Source of the DNA: Theionarchaea archaeon
GTDB lineage: Archaea; Methanobacteriota_B; Thermococci; Methanofastidiosales; SZ-28-30
Assembly (NCBI GenBank): GCA_018992685.1
Contig: JACVGT010000018.1
Location: 64,001-128,000, forward strand
Direction of reading: 5' to 3'
DNA length: 64,000 bases
Position numbers and translations under genes: made by a program. The notes under the pieces are model-generated. The model ran no database searches. It was not told the origin of the DNA and saw nothing but the letters and a program-made list of their open reading frames with translations. Below, piece after piece: positions 1-9,204 of this stretch. Position 1 is the stretch's first letter. Each line of letters starts with the position of its first letter.

Positions 1-86
1 ATTCCGCTCTGGAAAGACGTGATCCTCATATCATAGAATCCATCTCTACATCAATAAGATTATAACCTCTCACCCCTAGTCGCGCC

Positions 87-605
87 ATGCCAATCACTGC
101 AGAAATGGAGGAAATCATGTCCTACCTGTCTGGCAGAGATGATTATGCCCTCTTTGCTGGGTTTGCAGCCTTTCTGTATACGGGAATTGAACCGTCTTCC
201 GATATTGACATTTTTGTAGATTTGCCGGAAAAAGTAGAAGAAATCATAGAAGATTTTCTTAAAAAGGGCTGGAAAAGGACTCAATATTGCAGCCAGCAGT
301 TTGTTACAGGCACAGTGAAGAGTCATGATACCACGCTAGACCTTTGCTTCTCGCCCCCTGCCCACAATGTCCTGATTCCTGAAAGGATTACTACCCATTA
401 TAAAGGAATTCCCCTGCTGGTCATAACTCCAGAAGCACTTTTACTCACTAAAATGAGCCAGCTCACAAGCCCATTGAGAACTGATGCAAAGACTGCCAGA
501 GACAGGCAGGTCATTCAGATGTTGCGGAAGAAGGTCGATGTATCCGCCCTCAGAGAACTGGTGGGGAATCTGGAAGACTCCTTCTGGACCCAGGGGTGGT
601 ACTAG
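87..605 (+). CDS. Nucleotidyltransferase-fold protein
   Basis: AGFAAFLY...SDIDIFV resembles the G-x-A...DxD NTase motif; LLLTK and RDRQ near the C-terminus; TATA-like TTTATAA upstream. Confidence 0.6.
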   Translation: MPITAEMEEIMSYLSGRDDYALFAGFAAFLYTGIEPSSDIDIFVDLPEKVEEIIEDFLKKGWKRTQYCSQQFVTGTVKSHDTTLDLCFSPPAHNVLIPERITTHYKGIPLLVITPEALLLTKMSQLTSPLRTDAKTARDRQVIQMLRKKVDVSALRELVGNLEDSFWTQGWY

Positions 606-725
606 CTATGTGAGGTTTACTACCATCTGGCGGTTGATCTCATCTCCCTCACTACAAGCACAGAAAACTGTAACCGTCCCGACTTGTCCCAAGTACATTT
701 ATAAACAAGTTGTCAGTCTAGAATT

Positions 726-2108
726 ATGGCGCGAGTCCCCGAGGATCAGATTCTAAAAGGCCCCATAGTTAAGACCTTGCTACTACTGGGCTGGCCAGTG
801 ATGATATCCAACCTCCTGCACAGCATGTACAACATTGTGGATACCTTCTGGCTAGGAAAGCTGGGAGGAATTGAATCCACCAGTGCAGTGGCTGCCCTCC
901 AGGTTTCCTGGCCCATTATCTTTCTCATGATTGCTATTGCTTTTGGATTTGGATCCGCAGGAGTAGCACTGGTATCTCAGTATACAGGAGCTCGAAAGCC
1001 GGAAGAGGCTAACAGATCTGCAGGTCAGGTCTTGTCCATGTCATTTGTGTTCGGGGTCACGATAGCAATTTTTGGATTTACCTTCTCTCACAATATTGTA
1101 GAATTCCTGGGAATTAAGGACGCCATTGCAGAAGCAGCTGTGACTTACCTGAGAATAATTTTCTTGGGAATTCCCTTCATGTTTACCTCCATGATCTTTG
1201 GGTTTCTCATGAGAGCGTACGGCGATATGATAACCCCCATGAAATTAGAAGCAGCCACTGTTTGCATCAATATGGTGCTGGACCCTGTGCTTATCTTCGG
1301 ACTGGCAGGCTTTCCTCAAATGGGAATAATGGGTGCAGCCATTGCCACCATATTCTCAAGGTCAGTCTCCTCGGCATTTGCTGTGTACATACTTTTCTCC
1401 GGAAGGGCTGGTATCAAGCTGGAATTCCCTTATTTGAAGCCTGTACAATGGAGAGTATCTCAGATTTTCGCCATCGGTGTTCCTGCTTCTGTGGGAAATT
1501 CTGGGACTGCTTTGGGATTCGTCGTGCTCATGGCCATCATAGCCCGCCTCCCTGACCAGGGCTCAGTACTGGCTGGATATGGTATTGCCAACAGGCTGAC
1601 AAACCTGATGTTCATTGCCATTGAAGGTCTGGGAGTAGGTGTAGCCACCATACTGGGTCAGAGTCTCGGGGCCAACAATGTGAACAGAGCAGAGGAAGTG
1701 GCCAAGAAGGGCATGATCCTCATGTTCCTGATACTGGTGGGCGCTTCCGCCTTCTTGTATCTTGGGAGAGAATTCTTAATCCAGATTTTCATAGATAATG
1801 ACGCAGTTATTGCGGAGGGATCGAATTTTATCAGAGTATTTGTGTTTGGAATGGCCTTCTTTGGCATTTTCAGGGCAGTCAACTCTTCTTTTATGGGCTC
1901 AGGACATAATATGCCCACCATGATCCTGGATCTGGTGAGACTGTGGGGACTGCGGATACCTCTGGCACTTGTATTTGGGTTTACCCTGGGCTGGGGGACA
2001 AGTGGAGTCTGGTTCGGTATGGCGTTGAGCAATGTCTTGGGAGCAGTACTAGCTCTCGGGCTATTTAAGACAGGAATCTGGAAAAAAAGAGTAATCAAAA
2101 CTGCCTGA
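726..2108 (+). CDS. MATE family efflux transporter
   Basis: About 12 TM segments; YNIVDTFWLG, SQYTGA, NMVLDPVLIFG, GQSLGA motifs. Confidence 0.93.
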   Translation: MARVPEDQILKGPIVKTLLLLGWPVMISNLLHSMYNIVDTFWLGKLGGIESTSAVAALQVSWPIIFLMIAIAFGFGSAGVALVSQYTGARKPEEANRSAGQVLSMSFVFGVTIAIFGFTFSHNIVEFLGIKDAIAEAAVTYLRIIFLGIPFMFTSMIFGFLMRAYGDMITPMKLEAATVCINMVLDPVLIFGLAGFPQMGIMGAAIATIFSRSVSSAFAVYILFSGRAGIKLEFPYLKPVQWRVSQIFAIGVPASVGNSGTALGFVVLMAIIARLPDQGSVLAGYGIANRLTNLMFIAIEGLGVGVATILGQSLGANNVNRAEEVAKKGMILMFLILVGASAFLYLGREFLIQIFIDNDAVIAEGSNFIRVFVFGMAFFGIFRAVNSSFMGSGHNMPTMILDLVRLWGLRIPLALVFGFTLGWGTSGVWFGMALSNVLGAVLALGLFKTGIWKKRVIKTA

Positions 2109-2120
2109 CGTCCTTGAGAA

Positions 2121-3068
2121 TTATCCGACAATGGAAAAGTGAGCCAGCAGGGATTCCAGTTGTATCTTTTCGTTCGATCCTTCTACCAATCTGAAATCGT
2201 GCTCTCCCAGCCTGTCAACGAGCTCAACTTTTTTCTCGTCAGGGATATTCAGGTTGAAAATCTCCCTGTGCATCTGGCGTAGAATGTCCTCCCCTGATAA
2301 TCCATGATTGATCAGGAGATCATTTAATTGTTTTCGAGCTGCCAGAAAGTCGCCACTCAGTGCATTCTGCATCATCACTCGGATATCTTCAGGAGTCGCC
2401 CTGGCCGATACCTGGTATATGACATCTCCTGAGATGTTCTTGAAGGCACTGGCTGCCTGCAGCAGGTTTTCAGACTTACGCATATCTCCTTCCGCCACAT
2501 AGAGGAGAGCGTTCATGCCATCTTCTGTCATGGTCAGCCCTTCATTCTCCGAAATCAAGGTTATTTTTGACCTGATTGCATCATCTGGTAAAGGGCCAAA
2601 TCTGAACACAGCACACCTGGACTGGATGGGTTCGATTATCCGGGAAGAGTAGTTGCAAGACAAGATGAATCGGCACGTTGACGTGTAGATTTCCATGGTG
2701 CGCCTCAGAGCATTTTGAGCATCTGAGGTTAAAGCATCAGACTCATCCAGAAATATGACCTTAAAATCACCACCAATAGGTCTCGTTCTGGCAAAATCTT
2801 TGATTTTCTGACGGACGACATTGATACCACGTTCATCTGATGCATTTGTCTCCTGGAAATTCTGTCTCCAGGTTTCACCAAAGAACTCACGGGCCAGACA
2901 GATGGCACAGGTGGTTTTCCCCACTCCTGCAGGTCCTGCAAACAGAAGATGGGGCATGCTCTCGTGCTCCACATAGTATTTTAGTCGTTTCACAATACTA
3001 TCCCGACCCACAACCTCATTCAGCGTTCGAGGTCTGTATTTTTCAGTCCAGGGTTTCTCGAAAACCAC
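2121..3068 (-). CDS. rfcS: Replication factor C small subunit (no intein)
   Basis: PWTEKYRP, GPAGVGKTT Walker A, NASDERG, LDESD, SRC motif. Confidence 0.97.
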   Translation of the reverse strand: MVFEKPWTEKYRPRTLNEVVGRDSIVKRLKYYVEHESMPHLLFAGPAGVGKTTCAICLAREFFGETWRQNFQETNASDERGINVVRQKIKDFARTRPIGGDFKVIFLDESDALTSDAQNALRRTMEIYTSTCRFILSCNYSSRIIEPIQSRCAVFRFGPLPDDAIRSKITLISENEGLTMTEDGMNALLYVAEGDMRKSENLLQAASAFKNISGDVIYQVSARATPEDIRVMMQNALSGDFLAARKQLNDLLINHGLSGEDILRQMHREIFNLNIPDEKKVELVDRLGEHDFRLVEGSNEKIQLESLLAHFSIVG

Positions 3069-3243
3069 AGTATCACCTGCTACGTGGCTTGAGGTTCTGA
3101 AATTTATAAAGGTTTGGTGACCTCACCCAGAGAATACCGAGTTCCAGCATATCCTTGAACATACACACACCCGAAGATTCTCACATGGGCTTCCCCTATT
3201 CTTTTCTTCTATAGAGATCCAATCTCATTTTTCTCTTAAAACG

Positions 3244-3255
3244 AGATAATTATCT
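3244..3255. promoter_or_regulatory. Perfect palindrome AGATAATTATCT upstream of the RRE/rSAM operon promoter
   Basis: 12-bp palindrome flanked by AAAAC/GTTTT, about 35 bp upstream of the TATA box. Confidence 0.35.
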
Positions 3256-3283
3256 AAGTTTTTTGCCCGTTGTCTTCTGCGTC

Positions 3284-3297
3284 AAAACGTTTATATG
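3284..3297 (+). promoter_or_regulatory. BRE-TATA promoter of the RRE-rSAM operon
   Basis: AAAACG-TTTATAT about 23-29 nt before ATG 3319, consistent with a leaderless transcript. Confidence 0.6.
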
Positions 3298-3318
3298 GTC
3301 AATCCACTGTTTATTCAC

Positions 3319-3945
3319 ATGAAAGATCTCGAGCACAAGTACATTCGCTGGTCTGACAACTGTGTATGGCAGTCTTTTGGTGAGACACTAGCTGTTTTAC
3401 ATACCCTCATGCCTGATGCAGGACTCATTCCTGCAGAGAATGTCACTCCTAGAATCCAGCTGAATGACGTGGGGAAGGACGTCTGGGAGTTGTGCGACGG
3501 CACCAGAACATTCAAAACTATCTTTGAACAGCTGTTGGAAGAATATGAAGGCGATCCAGAGAAAATCGAAGAGAATTTGAGAAAAACGGCCATAGAATTA
3601 GAGAAAAAAGGGTTCTTATCCTTCGAAGATACTCCCAAGGAGTATGAATACACTGACATCAACCCAGAGATGTATCCCTACTGGGACGACAATGTGCTCT
3701 GGAACGAGGTGGAGAATCAGGTACTTGCCATGAACAATCAAACCGGAGTGTCTTTTGAGTTCCCTGAAGATCTAGGAAAACTCTGGAAACTCTGTGATGG
3801 CAAGAGCACACTCAGGGAAATTCTTGTCATCCTTGAAAGGGAAGGAGGGGTAGACAAGCCACACCCGAAAAATATGGTACATCTGCTCCTGAAACAGTTG
3901 ATCAAGCTCAACATGATTGTCATGAGGGACTCCCCTGTCCCCTGA
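3319..3945 (+). CDS. Tandem PqqD-like (RiPP recognition element) protein
   Basis: Two repeats: LNDVGKDVWELCDGTRT...LEKKGFL and LGKLWKLCDGKSTLREI...LIKLNMI; start moved to ATG 3319 from the promoter position. Confidence 0.85.
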   Translation: MKDLEHKYIRWSDNCVWQSFGETLAVLHTLMPDAGLIPAENVTPRIQLNDVGKDVWELCDGTRTFKTIFEQLLEEYEGDPEKIEENLRKTAIELEKKGFLSFEDTPKEYEYTDINPEMYPYWDDNVLWNEVENQVLAMNNQTGVSFEFPEDLGKLWKLCDGKSTLREILVILEREGGVDKPHPKNMVHLLLKQLIKLNMIVMRDSPVP

Positions 3946-3954
3946 GGGATTCTC

Positions 3955-5316
3955 ATGCATCCTCTCAAGAGAAGAATTGTCGTCCAGCTCAAAGAAGATG
4001 AATACCTCCTCATTAACCCCTACTCTGGGCTAACTGATATTGTTGATGCAGAAGCATTGCGCGCTCTGGAGAACGGACATCCAGATCTCCAGAATGGTGT
4101 TATCCGGGCTCTCAGAAGAAGAGGTCACCTCAAGGAGGAAGATGACGAAGAGTATCTCTTTTCTTTCCTGGAAGCACAGGCAACCCGTGTACATAAGGCT
4201 GCTCGTTCCACTTACCTCCACGTTATTGTACCCACCTATCAGTGCAATCTGCGGTGCCCCTACTGTTTTGAGAAACATGTTTACAGAAAGGAGTTGAAGC
4301 AGAGGGCAATCATGGACGAAAAATCGGTGGATCTTCTCTTTGAGTCTGTGATGTCCCTGGATACAGAATCAAAAGAGAAGTGCATCGTACTCTATGGGGG
4401 GGAGCCCCTCCAGGTTCAGAACAAAGATATCATCCAGTACATACTGGAAAAGGGAGAGGACCTGGACTATTCGTTCAAGGTGGTTACCAACGGTGCTGAT
4501 CTGTATCATTTTGTTCCTGCACTCTCTGAGACAACTGTTCTCAAGATTCAGGTAACCCTTGACGGTCCCCAACCCGTGCATGATAGGAGAAGATTCCGAC
4601 CCGGAGGAAAAGGAACGTTCCATGATATCGTGAGAGGCGTGGATGCATGTGTGGAGCATGAACTGCCCATAGGAATACGAATCAATGTAGACAGAGAAAA
4701 TATTGATTACATGCCCGAGTTTGGGGAATTCTATAAACAAAAGGGGTGGTATCCCCAGGTATATGCCTTCCTGACCAATGTGCATGGCTCTGAGTGCGTT
4801 TCATACGTTCCATTAATCTCTCCAGAAGAATTCGTAGAGAAGATTGTACACCTCTTTGCAGAAGATGACCGGATGAGGCCTTTCTTACAAACATTCCGAT
4901 ACCCCAATGTTCTGCTGGAGCACCTCTTTGCGGGGAAGGAATTCAAGCCGCGGTTCTGGAGCTGTGGTGCCCACACCTCCATTTTGATATATGACCCTGT
5001 GGGAGATATCTATCCCTGCTACGAGGCTGTGGGTGATGAACGTCACAAGATTGGTGAGTACTTGCCCCAATTGCGGTTCAATGATGAATATGAATACTGG
5101 AGAAACAGAACAGTATTTGCAATCCCTGAGTGCAGAGAATGCAATTACAGCCTTCTCTGTGGTGGAGGATGTGCCTATGGGGCTTACAAGCAGCATGGAT
5201 CGATATACAGCCCGTACTGTGACAAGACCAAGTATTCATTGAAGTATGAAATACCTTATTTAATGAGACTGAGTGGGGAAGAAGTCTCTCTGTCTGAAGA
5301 GAGAGACTGGTACTAG
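3955..5316 (+). CDS. Radical SAM/SPASM peptide maturase
   Basis: CNLRCPYC, YGGEPL, VTNG, VTLDG; SPASM C...GDIYPC...CRECNYSLLCGGGC...PYC. Confidence 0.9.
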   Translation: MHPLKRRIVVQLKEDEYLLINPYSGLTDIVDAEALRALENGHPDLQNGVIRALRRRGHLKEEDDEEYLFSFLEAQATRVHKAARSTYLHVIVPTYQCNLRCPYCFEKHVYRKELKQRAIMDEKSVDLLFESVMSLDTESKEKCIVLYGGEPLQVQNKDIIQYILEKGEDLDYSFKVVTNGADLYHFVPALSETTVLKIQVTLDGPQPVHDRRRFRPGGKGTFHDIVRGVDACVEHELPIGIRINVDRENIDYMPEFGEFYKQKGWYPQVYAFLTNVHGSECVSYVPLISPEEFVEKIVHLFAEDDRMRPFLQTFRYPNVLLEHLFAGKEFKPRFWSCGAHTSILIYDPVGDIYPCYEAVGDERHKIGEYLPQLRFNDEYEYWRNRTVFAIPECRECNYSLLCGGGCAYGAYKQHGSIYSPYCDKTKYSLKYEIPYLMRLSGEEVSLSEERDWY

Positions 5317-5324
5317 GTGATGCC

Positions 5325-6620
5325 ATGAAGAGAACCCCTGTAATCCACGTGGGTGAGGATGAATTCCTCCTGTATAACCCTGTTTCAAAAGTGGTGGACG
5401 TGGTTGACTCTGACGTTGTCACTGCATTGGAGAGTGGAACCCTGCCGCCTGACATGAGAGAATATTTGGAAAGACATGGGCACCTCACCATGAGTGATGA
5501 TGAGGCAGAAGCCTGGTTAAAGGAGGAATGTTACAGGTCACATGCCACCCTTGCTGATTCTCCTGCTTACTACATAATTCCTACCTATAATTGCAACATG
5601 CGCTGTATCTATTGTTACGAGAAGGATTTGAGAAGAGAACCAAAAATCATGAGCAGTCGGACTGTAGAACAAGTTTTCAGTCTTGTGGAAAGCCGTCTAG
5701 TAGATACCATCATTCTCTACGGGGGAGAACCCTTCCAGAAGGGAACAAAACCCGTAATAGAACAGATTGCTAGACTCTCAAGAGAGACGGGGTGCCGCCT
5801 TTCTGCATGTACAAACGGCCTTGAATTGCTGGACTCCGAACCTCTTTTTGACTATTTCTCTGAAATCATCGTAACGTTGGACGGAGTGGAACCAGTCCAG
5901 AACTTCAGGAGACCTTCTGTAGGAGGACCCTCTTTTTCAACGGTGATCCGCAGCATTGAGAGAGTCATTGAAACAGGCACTCCTGTAACCATCTCAGTGA
6001 ACGCGGATGCTCAGAACGTGGAGTCACTACCTGAACTTGCAGATTTTTTCATTGAAAAAGGATGGCACACTCATCCTTCAGTTCACATTGCTGTGTCCCA
6101 CATATTGCAGCCGCTCGATAGGACCTATCCTTACATGCTGGAGCCCAAAGATGCTGCACAGAAAATGGTGGAACTCCACCAGAACTATCCTTCTATGGAA
6201 CTGTTCCAGGAATCATTCAAGGGGTTAAACCCGCTGGTTAACGTATTTTTCAAGGGAGAAGAGTGGAGGCCGCGCTACTGGTACTGTCGTGCAAACTGCT
6301 ACATGCTCCTTTTTGATCCGTATAACTATCTCTATCCCTGTTACATGGTAGTAGGGAGGCCTTCTTTTGCAGTGGGAAGATTCTCTGATACAATTGAGGA
6401 GTCTCCCAGCATGGCTGCGTGGAGAGAACGCACCTGTTTCACCATACCTCAGTGCAGGGAGTGCGCACTGGGCTGTTTCTGTGGTGGGGGATGTGCGTAT
6501 CGTCAGTATCGGAGAAGTGGTTCTTTTTCTGACCCGTATTGTGACACAGTGGAAGCCTTGATCACATATTATGTGCCATTTCTGTATGAAAAGGTGAAAG
6601 AAAGAGGTGATAGGCTGTGA
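5325..6620 (+). CDS. Radical SAM/SPASM peptide maturase (paralog of upstream gene)
   Basis: CNMRCIYC, YGGEPF, VTLDG; SPASM YC...LYPC...CRECALGCFCGGGC...PYC; RBS GGTGA. Confidence 0.9.
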   Translation: MKRTPVIHVGEDEFLLYNPVSKVVDVVDSDVVTALESGTLPPDMREYLERHGHLTMSDDEAEAWLKEECYRSHATLADSPAYYIIPTYNCNMRCIYCYEKDLRREPKIMSSRTVEQVFSLVESRLVDTIILYGGEPFQKGTKPVIEQIARLSRETGCRLSACTNGLELLDSEPLFDYFSEIIVTLDGVEPVQNFRRPSVGGPSFSTVIRSIERVIETGTPVTISVNADAQNVESLPELADFFIEKGWHTHPSVHIAVSHILQPLDRTYPYMLEPKDAAQKMVELHQNYPSMELFQESFKGLNPLVNVFFKGEEWRPRYWYCRANCYMLLFDPYNYLYPCYMVVGRPSFAVGRFSDTIEESPSMAAWRERTCFTIPQCRECALGCFCGGGCAYRQYRRSGSFSDPYCDTVEALITYYVPFLYEKVKERGDRL

Positions 6621-7300
6621 AAACCAGTTTTTGGGAAAGGGAAGCACTGTATGACCCTGATCACCAGAAACCCATCAGGTTAGTGAGGAATGTAGTAGCT
6701 GAGATGAGAAAGAGGGGAATGTCGGATGTTCTGGAAGTAGGATGTGGCAAAGGAAGAAACTGCCTCTACCTGGCCAGGAAAGGACTTAATGTGACTGGAG
6801 TGGATTCTGATTGCAGGACGTTGCTCTCTTTCCAGGAACTCTTGAGAGAGGAGGGGTTGTCTGCTGCCGTCGCCTGCGCCGATATATCAGCCCTGCCATT
6901 CATAGGAGAGTGCTTTGACCTGATTATGTTCATTCATGTCTTGACGTTCACGAGGGAATGTGCCCGCTGGAAAACTCTTGATGAAGCAAAGAGGGTTCTG
7001 AAACGTGGCGGCATCCTGGTCCTGGTGGAACGATCCCAAGGAGATCCTCTGTACCAAGAAGGCGTGCAGATAGAAAGAGATACCTACCGGTGCCAGGGGA
7101 TAACTCATCATTTTTTTTCCAAGGAAGAGCTGGACTCACTTCTATCTCCACTGAAAATCGCAATCATGCGAGAATCACGAACCATCGATACGAGCCACGG
7201 AAGCCCGCACGTTCATGGAATGTGGTTCTGTGTAGCAATTGATGAACCTCAGACGTCGTGCATGAAAGATTCCCTAATGGATATCAGTCATCAATGGTAA
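6617..7300 (+). CDS. Class I SAM-dependent methyltransferase
   Basis: VLEVGCGKGRN motif I, GVD, FDLI, RVLKRGG; GTGA overlap with the upstream stop. Confidence 0.88.
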   Translation: MKTSFWEREALYDPDHQKPIRLVRNVVAEMRKRGMSDVLEVGCGKGRNCLYLARKGLNVTGVDSDCRTLLSFQELLREEGLSAAVACADISALPFIGECFDLIMFIHVLTFTRECARWKTLDEAKRVLKRGGILVLVERSQGDPLYQEGVQIERDTYRCQGITHHFFSKEELDSLLSPLKIAIMRESRTIDTSHGSPHVHGMWFCVAIDEPQTSCMKDSLMDISHQW

Positions 7301-7934
7301 GAGTAACGTCTTCCACTCTTTTCCTTGGAGGGCTTCGAGGATTGTGGGAGGGTTTCCCAACGGGTATCATGGCCAGTAATTCCCAGGGGTCCTCGACGTC
7401 AAACAACATTTCCAGTGAGTCCTTTGCCACGAAGGGAATGTTCATCCAGCATGCACCATAGCCCAGATCGTGGGCTGCCAGAAGGAGGTTCTCAATAGCA
7501 GCTGAGACACTGAGAATATTCACGTATCCAAACTGTCTGAAAGCTTCAAGTTCATCCATGCCCTGATTCGTGTAGCATTTCAAGAACGGGCTATCTTCTC
7601 TTTCCATCAAGACCACGAACACCACCGGAGCAGACCCAAAGAAGAGGGAAACAAGACGAAATCGCTTCTTGAGGGCTTCTGCTGTTTCTTCAGGATTCTC
7701 CACAACTCCCCTCAGGAGTGACTTCAGCTCAAAGCAGCTCTTCTTAATACATGCTACCATCTCCCTTTTTCGCTGCTCTGATTTCACCACGATGAATCTC
7801 CAGGGCTGCCTGTTGGCACCGCTGGGAGCCATGGTTGCTGCCTCAAGCATGGCGACAATGTCCTCCTGCGGGACAGGAGTTGGGTTGAACCTTCTGATGC
7901 TTTTCCTGGTCCTGATAGCATCAAGTGTTTCCAT
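7284..7934 (-). CDS. Nitroreductase family flavoprotein
   Basis: IRTRKSIRRF, APSGANRQPWRF, AAIENLLLAAHDLGYGACW; start at METL overlaps the rSAM stop. Confidence 0.92.
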   Translation of the reverse strand: METLDAIRTRKSIRRFNPTPVPQEDIVAMLEAATMAPSGANRQPWRFIVVKSEQRKREMVACIKKSCFELKSLLRGVVENPEETAEALKKRFRLVSLFFGSAPVVFVVLMEREDSPFLKCYTNQGMDELEAFRQFGYVNILSVSAAIENLLLAAHDLGYGACWMNIPFVAKDSLEMLFDVEDPWELLAMIPVGKPSHNPRSPPRKRVEDVTLTIDD

Positions 7935-9144
7935 GAGCACGTCTCCCCTCTCTGTATTCGGTATAAATGTTGTCCACTCGTTCCAGAACGTTCTGGGCAT
8001 CTTGTTCTGGATCGAAAGAGCACTGTGGATCTGGCATGAAAGGGTCTCCATATGCCCCATAAGAAATACAGGATGCACCTCCCATGCATGTGAAGTTAAG
8101 TCGGGTATCTGTGTTAAAGGGGCATTTTGAACACTTTCCTTTCATGTGTGCGTATTTTTTTCTCATTTTCCAGAGGAAAGAATGGTTCCACATTTCTTCA
8201 AAACTCTGGGTCAATAAATTCCCTACCACCACAGGCATTCTCCTGCAGGCATAGCAGGTACCGTCAGGCATCACTGCAATATACTTCTTTCCTACCTGAC
8301 AGTGGTTCCCATTCTTGTTGACTAGTGAAAACATGGAATCGAGACAGGTTCCTGTACACACTACGGGCCAGTCACACCGTAGCCGGTTGACAAATACGGC
8401 CTTTTCTTGGTTCACTGCTTTTTCAAATGCACTATCAGTGATGTTCCCCAACCAAGAATACAATGATTTAACCTCTTGCGAGGTAAGCAGCATGTCGTTC
8501 ATTTGCTTTCCCCTTCCGAAGGGAACCAGCCGGGTTACCAGTACATACTCAGCCCCCAGCTGTTCTGCAAGATCAGTAATCTCATATGCATCCTGATAGT
8601 TATTCTTGTGTACGACGAGATGAATGTGGAAAGGGATTCCTGCCTCCTGCAGACATCCAATTCCCTGAAGCGTTTTTTCAAAGGCGCCTCTTCCCCTGAC
8701 TCTGTCATGCGTCTCTGCACGGACTCCGTCCAGGCTTACCTGGACAAACCTCAGAACGTCGTAGGTTGCAAGGGTTTCAGCCACAGAACGATCCACCAAA
8801 GTGCCATTGGTGAGGACAGCGCCTGAAACAGGATGATTCTGGCTGTATGCCTGTAGATGATCCAGCAAGGGCCATACGCTTGGTGAAACCAGAGGTTCTC
8901 CTCCACTGAGGGGAACACGGGGCAACGCATGCCACTTTTCAACGGCTGTCAGAAACTTGTCCAGCATAGCAATCAACTGCTCAGTTGTGGCCTGGTAGGT
9001 GATGGACTCATCTTGATAGCAGTGGGTACAATGGAGGTTGCAGTTCTCAGTAATCTGGTATTGAAATGTGAATGAGTTCTCCAGTTGGTCAACTCTACGG
9101 ACTCCTCGTTCCTCGAGTTGAGATATTCCAGACACGTCTTTCAC
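7921..9144 (-). CDS. Radical SAM/SPASM protein
   Basis: QITENCNLHCTHCY, SGGEPL, LTNG, QVSLDG; SPASM C...DGTCYACRR...CSKC...C..GASC...DPQC; GTG 9144 start inferred, ATG 9195 is the alternative. Confidence 0.88.
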   Translation of the reverse strand: MKDVSGISQLEERGVRRVDQLENSFTFQYQITENCNLHCTHCYQDESITYQATTEQLIAMLDKFLTAVEKWHALPRVPLSGGEPLVSPSVWPLLDHLQAYSQNHPVSGAVLTNGTLVDRSVAETLATYDVLRFVQVSLDGVRAETHDRVRGRGAFEKTLQGIGCLQEAGIPFHIHLVVHKNNYQDAYEITDLAEQLGAEYVLVTRLVPFGRGKQMNDMLLTSQEVKSLYSWLGNITDSAFEKAVNQEKAVFVNRLRCDWPVVCTGTCLDSMFSLVNKNGNHCQVGKKYIAVMPDGTCYACRRMPVVVGNLLTQSFEEMWNHSFLWKMRKKYAHMKGKCSKCPFNTDTRLNFTCMGGASCISYGAYGDPFMPDPQCSFDPEQDAQNVLERVDNIYTEYREGRRAHGNT

Positions 9145-9175
9145 AAGAATCACCAGCTTATCTGGCCCACTAACG

Positions 9176-9186
9176 TTTATATATTT
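9176..9186. promoter_or_regulatory. Shared/bidirectional TATA element between divergent rSAM and glycosyltransferase genes
   Basis: TTTATATATTT sits between GTG 9144 (-) and ATG 9205 (+). Confidence 0.5.
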
Positions 9187-9204
9187 AGTCCCCATAATGC
9201 CCGC

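Noticed and set aside
87-605. Toxin-antitoxin (MNT-HEPN/AbiE) module
   Set aside because: No partner gene is visible downstream; upstream context is cut off by the window edge
3069-3318. RiPP precursor ORF upstream of the RRE gene
   Set aside because: No short ORF with an RBS/promoter and precursor-like composition found by eye; the region holds divergent promoters
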